This document shows, in pieces, positions 23,480-34,649 of a DNA stretch of 36,020 bases. The notes beneath the pieces were generated by a model. That model did no database searches, was not told the DNA's origin, and worked only from the letters and a program-made list of their open reading frames with translations. The DNA is taken from positions 28,452,933 to 28,488,952 of the forward strand of contig NC_068983.1 of NCBI RefSeq assembly GCF_001194135.2, written 5' to 3'. Source of the DNA: Octopus bimaculoides. Lineage: Eukaryota. A program made the translations under genes and the position numbers. The stretch's first letter is position 1, and each line of letters begins with the position of its first letter.

Positions 23480-24654
23480 GTAGTGTATAAATAATATGAC
23501 AAATTAAGTCTACTGTCCAACGATGAACATTGTCTGATCTACTTATGCATATGTCAATCTACCCAATTTCTACCATAAAGCTTGAGTCAACCCAAATCTA
23601 TAATAAAAAAGAGAGTTGCACAATGGAATGATAACCAAAACTCTGTGATTGCAAAGTATCTTCTAATGTCCCCACCACAATACACTAATTCATATAGTCT
23701 GGTTTGATTTTATGACTACATATAAAATAAAGTTGGCATCAGAGTTAACGTTTAACACCAACACAATACTAAAACTAACACAAAATTCTAACCAGTTCAT
23801 TCTGAAAGGATATTACAGTGAAGACATCGAAGAAATTACACTGGTATTATAGCAAAGTTGCATTTGCGAGTTACTAACCGACGTAGGTCAATATTAAACT
23901 GTATCTAAATCAAAACGTAAATTAAAATTCATGAAATGTTACTTCATAATACACCTTATTACACACACACACACACCATCAACATCATCTTTTTAATGTC
24001 CAATTTTTCCATGCCACCATGGCTCAGATGGAATTTGTTGAAGCAGATTTTTTTACAGCTGGATGACCTTCCTGTTGCCAACCCTCATCTGTTTCAAGTA
24101 AGGTAATATTTCCCCATGACCAGATATGTTTTCATAGAAGATTGGAATTGAAGGACAACTCTCGTATGACAGTGAAATTTGCTTGCAATCATCACATGAT
24201 ATCGAATCAAAACCATGTTATAGTTCTAAATATCAATGAAGCCTGAAAATTAATGACAGGTTTGAATGAATATTTAATGATCTACTGATCACTCAGAACG
24301 TTTTTAATGACTTAGAAACTTGAGAAAAGACAGCTCACTTTTGACCTTTTGCAGATCCTGTGAGGCTATAGAAAAGAGAAAGAAATTTAGGTTCACACAT
24401 TTGATTGAAATGCTTTCAGCAGAGCGGACTCCACTAAAAACAGCTAACAACCAGCTGGTGATGTTAAACCAGGCAATGAATTAAATCTGGAAGCAACAAG
24501 CTTCACTTCTTAATAATAGTTTGATCTGTACAGTAAAGTGATTTCCCAGTTGTCTTTGAATATGTAACATTATTAAAAGTTCAGCACCCTTTATAATACA
24601 CTTCTGAACTTATAATTTTATTCTGTAAATGAACAAAGAAAGCTCATTGAAATA

Positions 24655-24853
24655 GTTTCAAATTTTGGCAGAAAGTTAATAATTTTAGAGATGGATGTAA
24701 GTTGATTACATCAGCCCCAGTACTTGACTGGTACTTTTTTTTTTTTTGATCCAAGGAGTGATGTATAGTAAAGTTGACCCAAACAGAATTTGAACTCTGG
24801 AAGTAATGGGTCAGACAAAATACTGCAATGTTCTGATTCTGCCAGCTTGCCAC
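24655..24853 (-). mobile_element. tRNA-derived SINE (family of 8910-9110), degenerate
   Basis: tttcaaattttggc...gattacatcagccccagtacttgactggtac...gaatttgaactc...gattctgccagcttgcc. Confidence 0.75.
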
Positions 24854-25596
24854 AGTTATGTTCATTGAAATAATGTTGTATTGGGTAAGCCATGTAGCAC
24901 AGAAAAGTGAAGAAGGCATGAAGAAATAAGCTGAGTTCAGCTTTCAAGACAATAAGTGAGTTGATAAAAAAAAGAATGAATGAATGACAGCAATATGCTA
25001 TATGGCAGATCCATTTAAACCATATGAGAACAGGAAGCAGTAACATACTGAAACATTAAAATGTACACAGATGCACAGATATGCTCAAAGAAGTGCAGTT
25101 TATTACAAAAGTGGTTGTAACTCTTTCATAGAAATATCCAAAGCAATAACAATCCAAAACATTATTTCCATCAAATGGAAGAAAAACTAAAAGCTGATAT
25201 AATGTTCGAGGTTATAAGACCTAGATAGACATTTATATGAAGGTTACCAACTCAAAGGATGTGAATAGCTAATCCAGTATCAGAAGAAACAAAAGCTATT
25301 CATAGGCAGATACTTCAGAATCCTAATTATAAGTTATTATTTGTGAATATCATTACTTTATCAAATGTCAAAGCAATAATTATGAAAAGTTGAAGATGTC
25401 GGGCAATAACAATGAGAAAAAAACATAACTCATTTAATGTGACTAATACAAATTCAGTTTTTAAGTAGACCATTGAAAATATGAGAACCTTTCTTAAAAT
25501 GGGATCCTCAAAGCAGGAAGTAATTCTACTATATATCATGTATTTGTGCGTGTGTTAGTGTGTGTATATATACATATGTACATGTGTGTGTGTGTG

Positions 25597-25639
<43 letters not shown>

Positions 25640-26006
25640 NNNNNNNNNNNNNNNNNNNNNNNNNNNNNNNNNNNNNNNNNNNNNNNNNNNNNNNNNNNNN
25701 NNNNNNNNNNNNNNNNNNNNNNNNNNNNNNNNNNNNNNNNNNNNNNNNNNNNNNNNNNNNNNNNNNNNNNNNNNNNNNNNNNNNNNNNNNNNNNNNNNNN
25801 NNNNNNNNNNNNNNNNNNNNNNNNNNNNNNNNNNNNNNNNNNNNNNNNNNNNNNNNNNNNNNNNNNNNNNNNNNNNTTATTGAAGTGGTTCTTCAGTTTT
25901 CCTAAGCCCAGTGAAAGAACTCGGAAAGTTGGGCCTTGAACCAGGACTTTTGTGACACCTTTAAAACCAGAAACTTTCCAGCAGCTCCTCATATATATAT
26001 ATATAT

Positions 26007-26190
26007 CATCATCATCATCATCATCATCATCGTTTAACGTCCGCTTTCCATGCTAGCATGGGTTGGACGATTTGACTGAGGACTGGTGAAACCGGATGGC
26101 AACACCAGGCTCCAATCTAATTTGGCAGAGTTTCTACAGCTGGATGCCCTTCCTAACGCCAACCACTCAGAGAGTGTAGTGGGTGCTTTT
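26007..26190 (-). mobile_element. Young head-less (GAT)n-tailed element inserted in a (TA)n tract
   Basis: Near-identical to 3092-3265; atatatatat on both flanks. Confidence 0.88.
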
Positions 26191-26276
26191 ATATATATAT
26201 ATTCACTTTTGGATTTGGTTTGCAATTATAAGGCACTAAAAGAGAATGACTCTCCCCAGTCACAACAAAATATATA

Positions 26277-26622
26277 GGCGCAGGAGTGGCTGTGTGGTAA
26301 GTAGCTTTCTTACAAACAGCATGGTTCTGGGTTCAGTCCCCCTGCGTGGCACCTTGGGCAAGTGTCTTCTACTATAGCCTTGGGCCAACCAAAGCCTTGC
26401 GAGTGGATTTGGTAGATGGAAATTGAAAGAAGCCTGTTGTATATATATGTATGTGTATGTTATATGTATGTGTGTCTTGTTTGTCCCCCTAACATCGCTT
26501 GACAACCGATGTTGATGTGTGTACGTCACTATAACTTAGCGGTTCGGCAAAAGAGGCCGATAGAATAAGTACTAGGCTTACAAAGAATACGTCCTGGGGT
26601 CGATTTGCTCGACTAAAGGCAG
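26277..26622 (+). mobile_element. Composite tRNA-derived SINE, 3' end missing
   Basis: ggcgcaggagtggctgtgtggtaag...gggttcagtccc...gtcgatttgctcgactaaaggc, then (TA)n and a gap. Confidence 0.92.
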
Positions 26623-26624
26623 TG

Positions 26625-26663
<39 letters not shown>

Positions 26664-27476
26664 NNNNNNNNNNNNNNNNNNNNNNNNNNNNNNNNNNNNN
26701 NNNNNNNNNNNNNNNNNNNNNNNNNNNNNNNNNNNNNNNNNNNNNNNNNNNNNNNNNNNNNNNNNNNNNNNNNNNNNNNNNNNNNNNNNNNNNNNNNNNN
26801 NNNNNNNNNNNNNNNNNNNNNNNNNNNNNNNNNNNNNNNNNNNNNNNNNNNNNNNNNNNNNNNNNNNNNNNNNNNNNNNNNNNNNNNNNNNNNNNNNNNN
26901 NNNCTTACATTGAAATATGAAGATTTACTTTTATTTTCCCATGTAATAAAGAACATCTATCATTTGTTTCAATAAATTTGGAAAAGGAATATGGAATTTA
27001 TTACCAATTTTTAATGCCTACTTGCTTTTCTCTCACCCTGTATACACATCTACACACATACACACACTGTTACACACACTGTTACACACACACACACACA
27101 TCAAAAGGATGAAAGATCCTTCCTGAGTCACAGGCTCTTAAGACCAGTTACTTGTACTCTGCGAAATATATATTTCCTCCTGGATGGGATGCTGGTCCAT
27201 CACAGAATTTCCCAGTTTTGCCATCTGAGTGAACTGGAGCAATGGAATATTTTGCTCTTTTTGCCAAAAGTCAACTAACAGTAAATCAAAACCATTTAAT
27301 TCCAAGAGTTATCTATGTTTAACAACTTAATGAATTCAATATAAGCGTCTAAATATGAAACATCAGGAAAATTGTTCAAACTGAAGTCCTTCTTCAGCAA
27401 CACATTTTCCCATTCAAGTCAAAACAAAATAACAGAAAATATTTATGGAATTTTGATTTACAATCGGATGACTTTT

Positions 27477-28412
27477 NNNNNNNNNNNNNNNNNNNNNNNN
27501 NNNNNNNNNNNNNNNNNNNNNNNNNNNNNNNNNNNNNNNNNNNNNNNNNNNNNNNNNNNNNNNNNNNNNNNNNNNNNNNNNNNNNNNNNNNNNNNNNNNN
27601 NNNNNNNNNNNNNNNNNNNNNNNNNNNNNNNNNNNNNNNNNNNNNNNNNNNNNNNNNNNNNNNNNNNNNNNNNNNNNNNNNNNNNNNNNNNNNNNNNNNN
27701 NNNNNNNNNNNNNNNNNNNNNNNNNNNNNNNNNNNNNNNNNNNNNNNNNNNNNNNNNNNNNNNNNNNNNNNNNNNNNNNNNNNNNNNNNNNNNNNNNNNN
27801 NNNNNNNNNNNNNNNNNNNNNNNNNNNNNNNNNNNNNNNNNNNNNNNNNNNNNNNNNNNNNNNNNNNNNNNNNNNNNNNNNNNNNNNNNNNNNNNNNNNN
27901 NNNNNNNNNNNNNNNNNNNNNNNNNNNNNNNNNNNNNNNNNNNNNNNNNNNNNNNNNNNNNNNNNNNNNNNNNNNNNNNNNNNNNNNNNNNNNNNNNNNN
28001 NNNNNNNNNNNNNNNNNNNNNNNNNNNNNNNNNNNNNNNNNNNNNNNNNNNNNNNNNNNNNNNNNNNNNNNNNNNNNNNNNNNNNNNNNNNNNNNNNNNN
28101 NNNNNNNNNNNNNNNNNNNNNNNNNNNNNNNNNNNNNNNNNNNNNNNNNNNNNNNNNNNNNNNNNNNNNNNNNNNNNNNNNNNNNNNNNNNNNNNNNNNN
28201 NNNNNNNNNNNNNNNNNNNNNNNNNNNNNNNNNNNNNNNNNNNNNNNNNNNNNNNNNNNNNNNNNNNNNNNNNNNNNNNNNNNNNNNNNNNNNNNNNNNN
28301 NNNNNNNNNNNNNNNNNNNNNNNNNNNNNNNNNNNNNNNNNNNNNNNNNNNNNNNNNNNNNNNNNNNNNNNNNNNNNNNNNNNNNNNNNNNNNNNNNNNN
28401 NNNNNNNNNNNN
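27477..28412. other. Assembly gap (largest of nine)
   Basis: N run; the others are at about 12009-12286, 13036-13045, 15765-16114, 19077-19152, 25640-25876, 26664-26903, 29028-29048 and 34722-35228, mostly abutting (TA)n. Confidence 0.99.
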
Positions 28413-28428
28413 ATATATATATATATAT

Positions 28429-28900
28429 ATAAATAAACCTTGATCTTAGAACAAACATCAAATTCGAGTCAATGACTTTATACATAACATCATACCTCAA
28501 ACATTCGATCATACATAAATATTACCATGGTTCTTAAACATATAGAAATATATACATATACAAAAAACACAGAAAGTAAAAATATATATGCGAATAAAAT
28601 ACAAATATATAGAACAGCCTATCAAAAAAGGTAAATACAACCGACTAAAAATTCATAAAAATTCTGAAGTATGTCATGCTACTAAAAAACTAAATAAACT
28701 AAGATAAAATTAAATGTCAATCGACTAAAAACAATTTTTTTAAATATATTTTTACCTTCAGTGTTTCTTGTATATGTATATTTTTATATGTCTAAAAACC
28801 ATGGTAATATTTATATATGATCGAATGTTTGAGGTATGGTGTTATGTATAAAGTCATTGACTCAAATTTGATGTTTGTTCTATGATCGATGTTTATTTAT
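28429..28900. mobile_element. Foldback/MITE-like element with ~157-bp inverted arms
   Basis: 28429-28588 is the reverse complement of 28744-28900 (e.g. agaacaaacatcaaattcgagtcaatgactttatacataac versus gttatgtataaagtcattgactcaaatttgatgtttgttct); 155-bp spacer. Confidence 0.85.
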
Positions 28901-28982
28901 CTGTGTCTCAATTACATTTGAGCACTTCTTTCTTGTAATCCTATAAACCCTTTTGTTTCCATAAAAACAGACAAAATTATTT

Positions 28983-29027
<45 letters not shown>

Positions 29028-29048
29028 NNNNNNNNNNNNNNNNNNNNN

Positions 29049-29107
<59 letters not shown>

Positions 29108-29469
29108 AATATAACAGGAGCAAAAGTACTGGAGATTCAGTATACACCATGCGGAAAAATTATGAGTTGAAAATATGTGGAAAACATATATAAAAAGTGA
29201 AAGAGAAATGCCTTCATTTCACATAGTTAGTATCTTTTTATAAAGAAATTTTTTTAAATATATACATATTTTATGAATGTTGCGATATCCAACCAGTTTT
29301 TGCTATTTAAATTAGCTTGTCAAGGGACATTGTGAAGTAACCAATTCTGGTGACCAAAGGGTCTTGCCATTTTGGATGCTTGAAAAATAAGAACAAGTAT
29401 AGAAAGTGGACAAAGGGAGACAACAGGTGGCAAGGGGACAACCAACTCCTCGGTATAATTTTTGAAGTG

Positions 29470-29692
29470 GTCTTGTTTGTTGTTAACACAATGCTTTGAC
29501 TGATACACCCTCCAGACTTTATCAGGTGTCTTGGGGAAATTTCAAACCTGGGTTCTCATTTCTAATGTATTTTTCAATGTTATTGTTATTATTATCATTA
29601 TTATTATTATTCAGCCCACTGCCTGGAATTGAACTCGGAATCTTGGGGTTAGTAGCCCGCACTTTTAACCACTATGCCATATGCCCGTGGGC
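29470..29692 (-). mobile_element. tRNA-headed element with (AAT)n linker and degenerate minimal hammerhead-ribozyme motif
   Basis: Minus strand: gcccacgggcataTGGCATAGTGG (A box)...GAGTTCAATTCC (B box) aggcagtgggctg (aat)n ... gacac ctgataa a gtctg gagggtgtat cagtc aaagcat t gtgtt. The tRNA head is clear; the hammerhead assignment is inference. Confidence 0.7.
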
Positions 29693-29935
29693 TGTTTTAT
29701 ATTAATCAGATTGGTTATTCTATACTCTTGTAGAGTACAATTGATTTCCCAGGAGCAAATTAACAAATATACAGAAGTTCTGAATAGCTTTAGAAAAACT
29801 GACTTTATAAAACAATGATGATGACATACATGTGTATACAAATGTGAATTGTGTATTCACACACACATACATCAGTACATATAAGAATTTTACCACAGGT
29901 GAGATGTACTTTCTTCTCTGTTTCATACCCTACAG

Positions 29936-30057
29936 CAATATGTGTATTAAATATATTTAGATTTCACACAAAGACACGAGAGAAAACGGAAGATGAGACT
30001 GTTAACAAAATACAAATGCGATCACTCTATAAATCCTCAGGACTAATACTATCTGGG
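29936..30057 (+). CDS. Candidate coding exon, product unknown (xICVLNIFRFHTKTREKTEDETVNKIQMRSLYKSSGLILSG)
   Basis: Strong acceptor tttcttctctgtttcataccctacag, open frame, donor GGG|GTAAGC. No recognised homology. Confidence 0.3.
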
Positions 30058-30104
30058 GTAAGCAAATACCTCTAGATAAATCTCTACAAAGCCTAGAATA
30101 TCTT

Positions 30105-30880
30105 TTATCTTCTATCTTTTACTTGTTTCAGTCATTAGAGAGCAGCCATGCTGGGGCAACGCCTTGAAAAATTTTAGTCAAATGAATCAACTCCAGTACT
30201 TTTTGTTTTGTTGTTTTGCTTTTAGCTTGGTACTTATTTTATTGTGGAGGCACAATGGCCCAGTGGTTAGGGCAGCGGACTCGCAGTCATAGGATCATGG
30301 TTTCGATTCCCAGACCAGGTATTGTGAGTGTTTATTGAGCGAAAACACCTAAAGCTCCACGAGGCTCCGGCAGGGAATGGTGGCGAACCCTGCTGTACTC
30401 TTTCACCACAACTTTCTCTTACTTCCTGTTTCTGTTGTGCCTGTAATTCAAAGGGTCAGCCTTGTCACACTGCGTCACGCTGAATATCCCCAAGAACTAC
30501 ATTATGGGTACACGTGTCTGTGGAGTGCTCAGCCACTTGCACGTTAATTTCACGAGCAGGCTGTTCCGTTGATCGGATCAACTGGAACCCTCGACATCGA
30601 AAGCAACGGAGTGCCAACACTTATTCTATTGGTCTCATTTGATGAACCACTAAGTTATGAAGATATAAACACACTGACACTGGTTGTTAAGTGGTGGCAA
30701 CACACACACACACACACACACATACATATATACACAATGGGTCTCTTTCAATTTCCATCTACCAAATCCACTCACAAGGCCTTGGTCAGCCCAAGGCTAT
30801 AGTAGAAGACACTTGTCCAAGGTATCATGCAGTGGGACTGAACCCTGAACTATGTGCTTGGGAAGAAAACTTACCATACA
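30105..30880 (-). mobile_element. Old composite SINE interrupted by a younger SINE
   Basis: Halves 30105-30245 and 30619-30880 are colinear with 3441-3875. Confidence 0.8.
30246..30618 (+). mobile_element. Full-length tRNA-derived SINE (fourth family)
   Basis: ggaggcacaaTGGCCCAGTGG (A box)...GGTTTCGATTCCC (B box); 13-bp TSD acttattYtattg (30232-30244, 30619-30631). Confidence 0.9.
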
Positions 30881-31279
30881 TGCATTCCTATATGTATTCT
30901 ATAAATAAGTCATCATGTTTTTACTTATTCTGAGCCAAGAAACTCGTAAATTAAAACATTACTTAATATTCAGAAGCCAAGAAGCTCTAAAATATTTTAT
31001 AAACCAAACATCCAACAATAACAAAGAAAGCAATTATTATATCAGTTACTAAGACAGTAACAATGCAATGTGGTTTGTAAATGAATAAATATATGCAGTC
31101 ATAGCTATATGTAATAAATCGTTTATGATATTATTTAACTTTGAGACTTGCTCACCTTTCCTCCCTAAATTTTTAATTGAGGAGATGAACAAGTATGTGC
31201 CTAAGAACAAGCTCTTTTACACAATAGTGAAGGTTAATTGTCAGGCAATAATTACTACAGTACCAATACAGTATGGGTT

Positions 31280-31460
31280 TGGTAGTAGTTGTAGTAGCAG
31301 TAGCAGTAGCAACGGTGAAGGTGTTAACTGCGATCATAATGGTGGTAGTGGTGACACTGATGATGGTAATCAAGGTGATGATGATGATGATGATGATGAT
31401 GACAACAATGACTACAATGATAGTGATAATACTGATGAAGCTAATGATGACGACATCGAT
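31280..31460. repeat. Compound triplet repeat (GTA/GCA/GGT/GAT/GAC)
   Basis: Directly visible; explains the D/S-rich ORF 31125-31562. Confidence 0.9.
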
Positions 31461-32192
31461 AAACGAACATGGCTTGGTTACACAAATACTTTAGTAGAGG
31501 GGGGAGATGGACAGAGAAAGAGAGAGAGGTGGCGAGAGAGAGACAGAAGTGTTTTAAAATAGATTCCTCAGAATCAGTGTCAGCCTTCAGTTTTTGGAAG
31601 AATTTCTCCTTCCAAAATGATAATGTTTTTCTGTTTGCTTGAGAACAATGGAAATAGAAGTGCTGAAAGACTCTCTTATTGAACTTCATAAATGTATTCA
31701 TATTTGCTATAGCAACAGCACAACTATTGTGGATCTGAATATTTTTCTTCATTATTCCAGTTTATATAGCAACCAAACCAAATATAAATAATTATAGAGC
31801 CTCGCTATGAATAACTTTGAGGATTTGTTTTGCTGCTGTTGTTGTTGTTGTTGTTAAATAGGTTGGTTTCATATATTACAATTATAGTTTTCTAGTATCC
31901 TTTCTATGACAAATATTATTTTAAAAATAGCTCATGTCTCTTAACTGTTATCTTAACTTTGCAAATGGGAATGGAGACAAGTTTTGTAGTCGACCAAACT
32001 AGATTAGTCATTAGCACCGGTGAAAGGAAATAGAATAATACATGAGCACAGGCATGGCTACACAATAATATGGTTCAAAGTTCAATCCCATCCCGCATGA
32101 GTAGCTTCTTGAACCAATGGTTTTCTACCAAAACCTCAGGTTGACAAAAGCACTCACCATCATATGCTGCAACAACACACACGAGGACGACA

Positions 32193-32277
32193 ATGATGAC
32201 GACGACGACGACGCCGCCGACGCCGCCGCCGACGACGCCAACGCCGACGACGCCACCGCCACCGCCACCACCACCAC
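32193..32277. repeat. GC-rich triplet repeat (GAC/GCC/ACC)n
   Basis: Directly visible; follows a degenerate SINE-like segment at ~32040-32190. Confidence 0.9.
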
Positions 32278-33097
32278 TTAAAGTTCATATTCTATGCAGG
32301 CATGTGTTGGAATGTTCAACAGAATCTGATGATTCAGAGATCACTATTGAGTTTCAACATCTGCTCCAGCATGGTCTCTATGACCAGATACCCTTTCTAA
32401 CAGCAACCACTTTACAGAGTGCGCAGTGTGCTTCACTCATAGTACTGACCCTGGTGAGGTTACCAAACAACTCACATGACAAGGACCCCTTCACAGAATG
32501 GAGATGCAGTATTGAGAGAGGTGGCTTTGTATCAAGTGTTAAGAAACTAAAGTATGATTGAGAGACAAGAGCAGCTGTCTTGCAATGGATGAGATACATA
32601 GCTAACCCAGTTGGAAAGCAAGAAAAGAGATGGTGATGATGAGGAATCAGGAAGTGAAATTTGATTAATCAAACTATACAAAATTCTGTCAAATATTTAA
32701 AAGGTTTGCTTTTCCAGCCAATGATGAGCTCCAGAGTACAATTCCACTGTATGGTATCTTTAGATCAACCTAAGCCTTGTGATGAAAATTACAAAGGTGG
32801 AAACAGTATGGAAGCTCACTGGGTAGAGTTTTACTTGTAATTCAAAGTATTAGGCCTTCCTTGTCTTACACTGTAACAGTGATTCTCCCTGGAAATTACA
32901 TTAAGTGTACATGTGTGTGAGGAATACTCTCCTGCTTACACAATGTAAGCCATTCTGTTCATTGATCAAATGGAACACTCCATTTATACTTACGTTCACA
33001 CACACATTATCCAATGTGTCCATTTCAGTCAATAGCTGTGATTTGAGGGGTGATTTGAGTATGATTTCCAACAGACTGAGCAACCATATAGCAGCTT

Positions 33098-33130
<33 letters not shown>

Positions 33131-33838
33131 GCACAGACATTATCCAATGTGTCCCTTTAAGTCAGTAGAAGTTATTTGGTTGCGATTTCAAGCAGATTGA
33201 GCAACAATATAATGGCTTCCTTGTTGGCCCAGGGACTATTCAGTACAGTCTGATGGTAACTAGTGCAAAGATACGTTAAGAATAATATTGACTAAAACAA
33301 CAGTCATAAACTAGTTTCCTCCAAGCAATTTACAATCGTATAAATAGAAATATCTGAGTTACAGTGATGATTTACAAAACATATCAGATGACAAAAATAG
33401 AAGCAATAACAACATAGAAGCAATAAGGATGATTTCAAAAGACTATATATATGAATAAATTTGTAAACAAAGAGAATACAAAACTTTGCTTAAGGATAAA
33501 ATAGAATTATTTATCTATAACAGTTTAATTATTCTTTTTGTGTTTATCTGTTTACCATTTTATATCCTATATCTTTAAGGCAATAATATAATAGATGCTT
33601 ACTAATTGTGTAAAAACATACATCATTATGGAAACAGAACTTTGCAGTCATGACAACTGTTGATTACTAACAAGATGGTGATTTAATGACAGAGCACACA
33701 ATGTGATGCTGAAGAGATTGGTTCTCGGCTTCAATCTTAACATTAAATTAGTCTACCATCTCATTAAGGTTGATGAAATTAACAACATCGTTTATTAGGA
33801 TCTAGAAGTTTGATTAAAAGATAGTACCTGAGACTAAC

Positions 33839-33939
33839 CTGAGGTGGCGAGGGTATCTCTTAAAAGTTTGTTCTATATCATCTACAACCTGGTTGGATCC
33901 ACATTCTTTTAGTTGCCAAAAGGTACAAGACATTCGGCA
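33839..33939 (-). CDS. Candidate coding exon, product unknown (CRMSCTFWQLKECGSNQVVDDIEQTFKRYPRHLx)
   Basis: Open frame ending CTCAG|GTTAGT; acceptor ttttggttactcaag is uncertain. Phase 2 end fits the phase 2 start of 19645. Confidence 0.25.
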
Positions 33940-34577
33940 CTTGAGTAACCAAAATCAATGATCCTTAAACAAAATATCCTAGATTTTTATATTATGAACT
34001 TCATATGCCCTCTTGCAATATTTCACTAATCACATATCATTATAGACCCTAGATAACTGTCCAAACACTAAATTTCCTTGCTTCCAGATACCCTATTGTT
34101 AATCAATTTAGTTGAAGATTATGACTGTTAGCAATATTTACACACTTAAAACACAGTTCAAGTGTAGTAAACAGCTAGTAAAACTGATATAGGATGTGCC
34201 TAAATATATCTTGCTGTGGCAGTATTTCCTATCTTATAGTAGTGAGCATCTTCTAAATCTATTGAAAAGCCTAAAGATACTCAAGAAATGATAAATTAAT
34301 ACAGATATAGCTTTTCAAGAAACAGAAGAAGAAACAAAGGCAAGTAATATATTTGTTGCATACACAAATATGGTAAGTTTTGAGATGCACGTATTTCCAT
34401 ACTAGGATGTTCATGTCTTATCTATCACATACTTCATGTTAGGAATTGAAAAGAATTTGACAGAAGTACTCTTAACTAGCGAAGGAAAAGTCATATGAAA
34501 GAAGTGAAAGAAGTTAAAATTGATTGTAGACATTTTAGAAAATACATTGAAAACATACTTAAGTACATACATAACAA

Positions 34578-34649
<72 letters not shown>

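Noticed and set aside
29615-29692. Possible true tRNA gene (apparent anticodon ACT)
   Set aside because: Acceptor stem does not close, no T-run terminator, followed by (AAT)n and a repeat body; better explained as a SINE head. Heads at 30246, 26277 and 35856 were rejected likewise.
31125-31562. 145-aa acidic, low-complexity ORF
   Set aside because: Produced by compound triplet repeats and a (GA)n tract; both flanks lack coding features.
32997-33220. Local duplication cattatccaatgtgtcc...gagcaac separated by (CA)n
   Set aside because: Two fragments of a dispersed repeat family also seen (inverted) near 700-720; ordinary repeat decay.
33905-33975. LRIIDFGYS on the minus strand resembling a kinase DFG motif
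   Set aside because: Frame stops after about 14 more codons, with no activation-loop or APE motif and no other kinase subdomains nearby.
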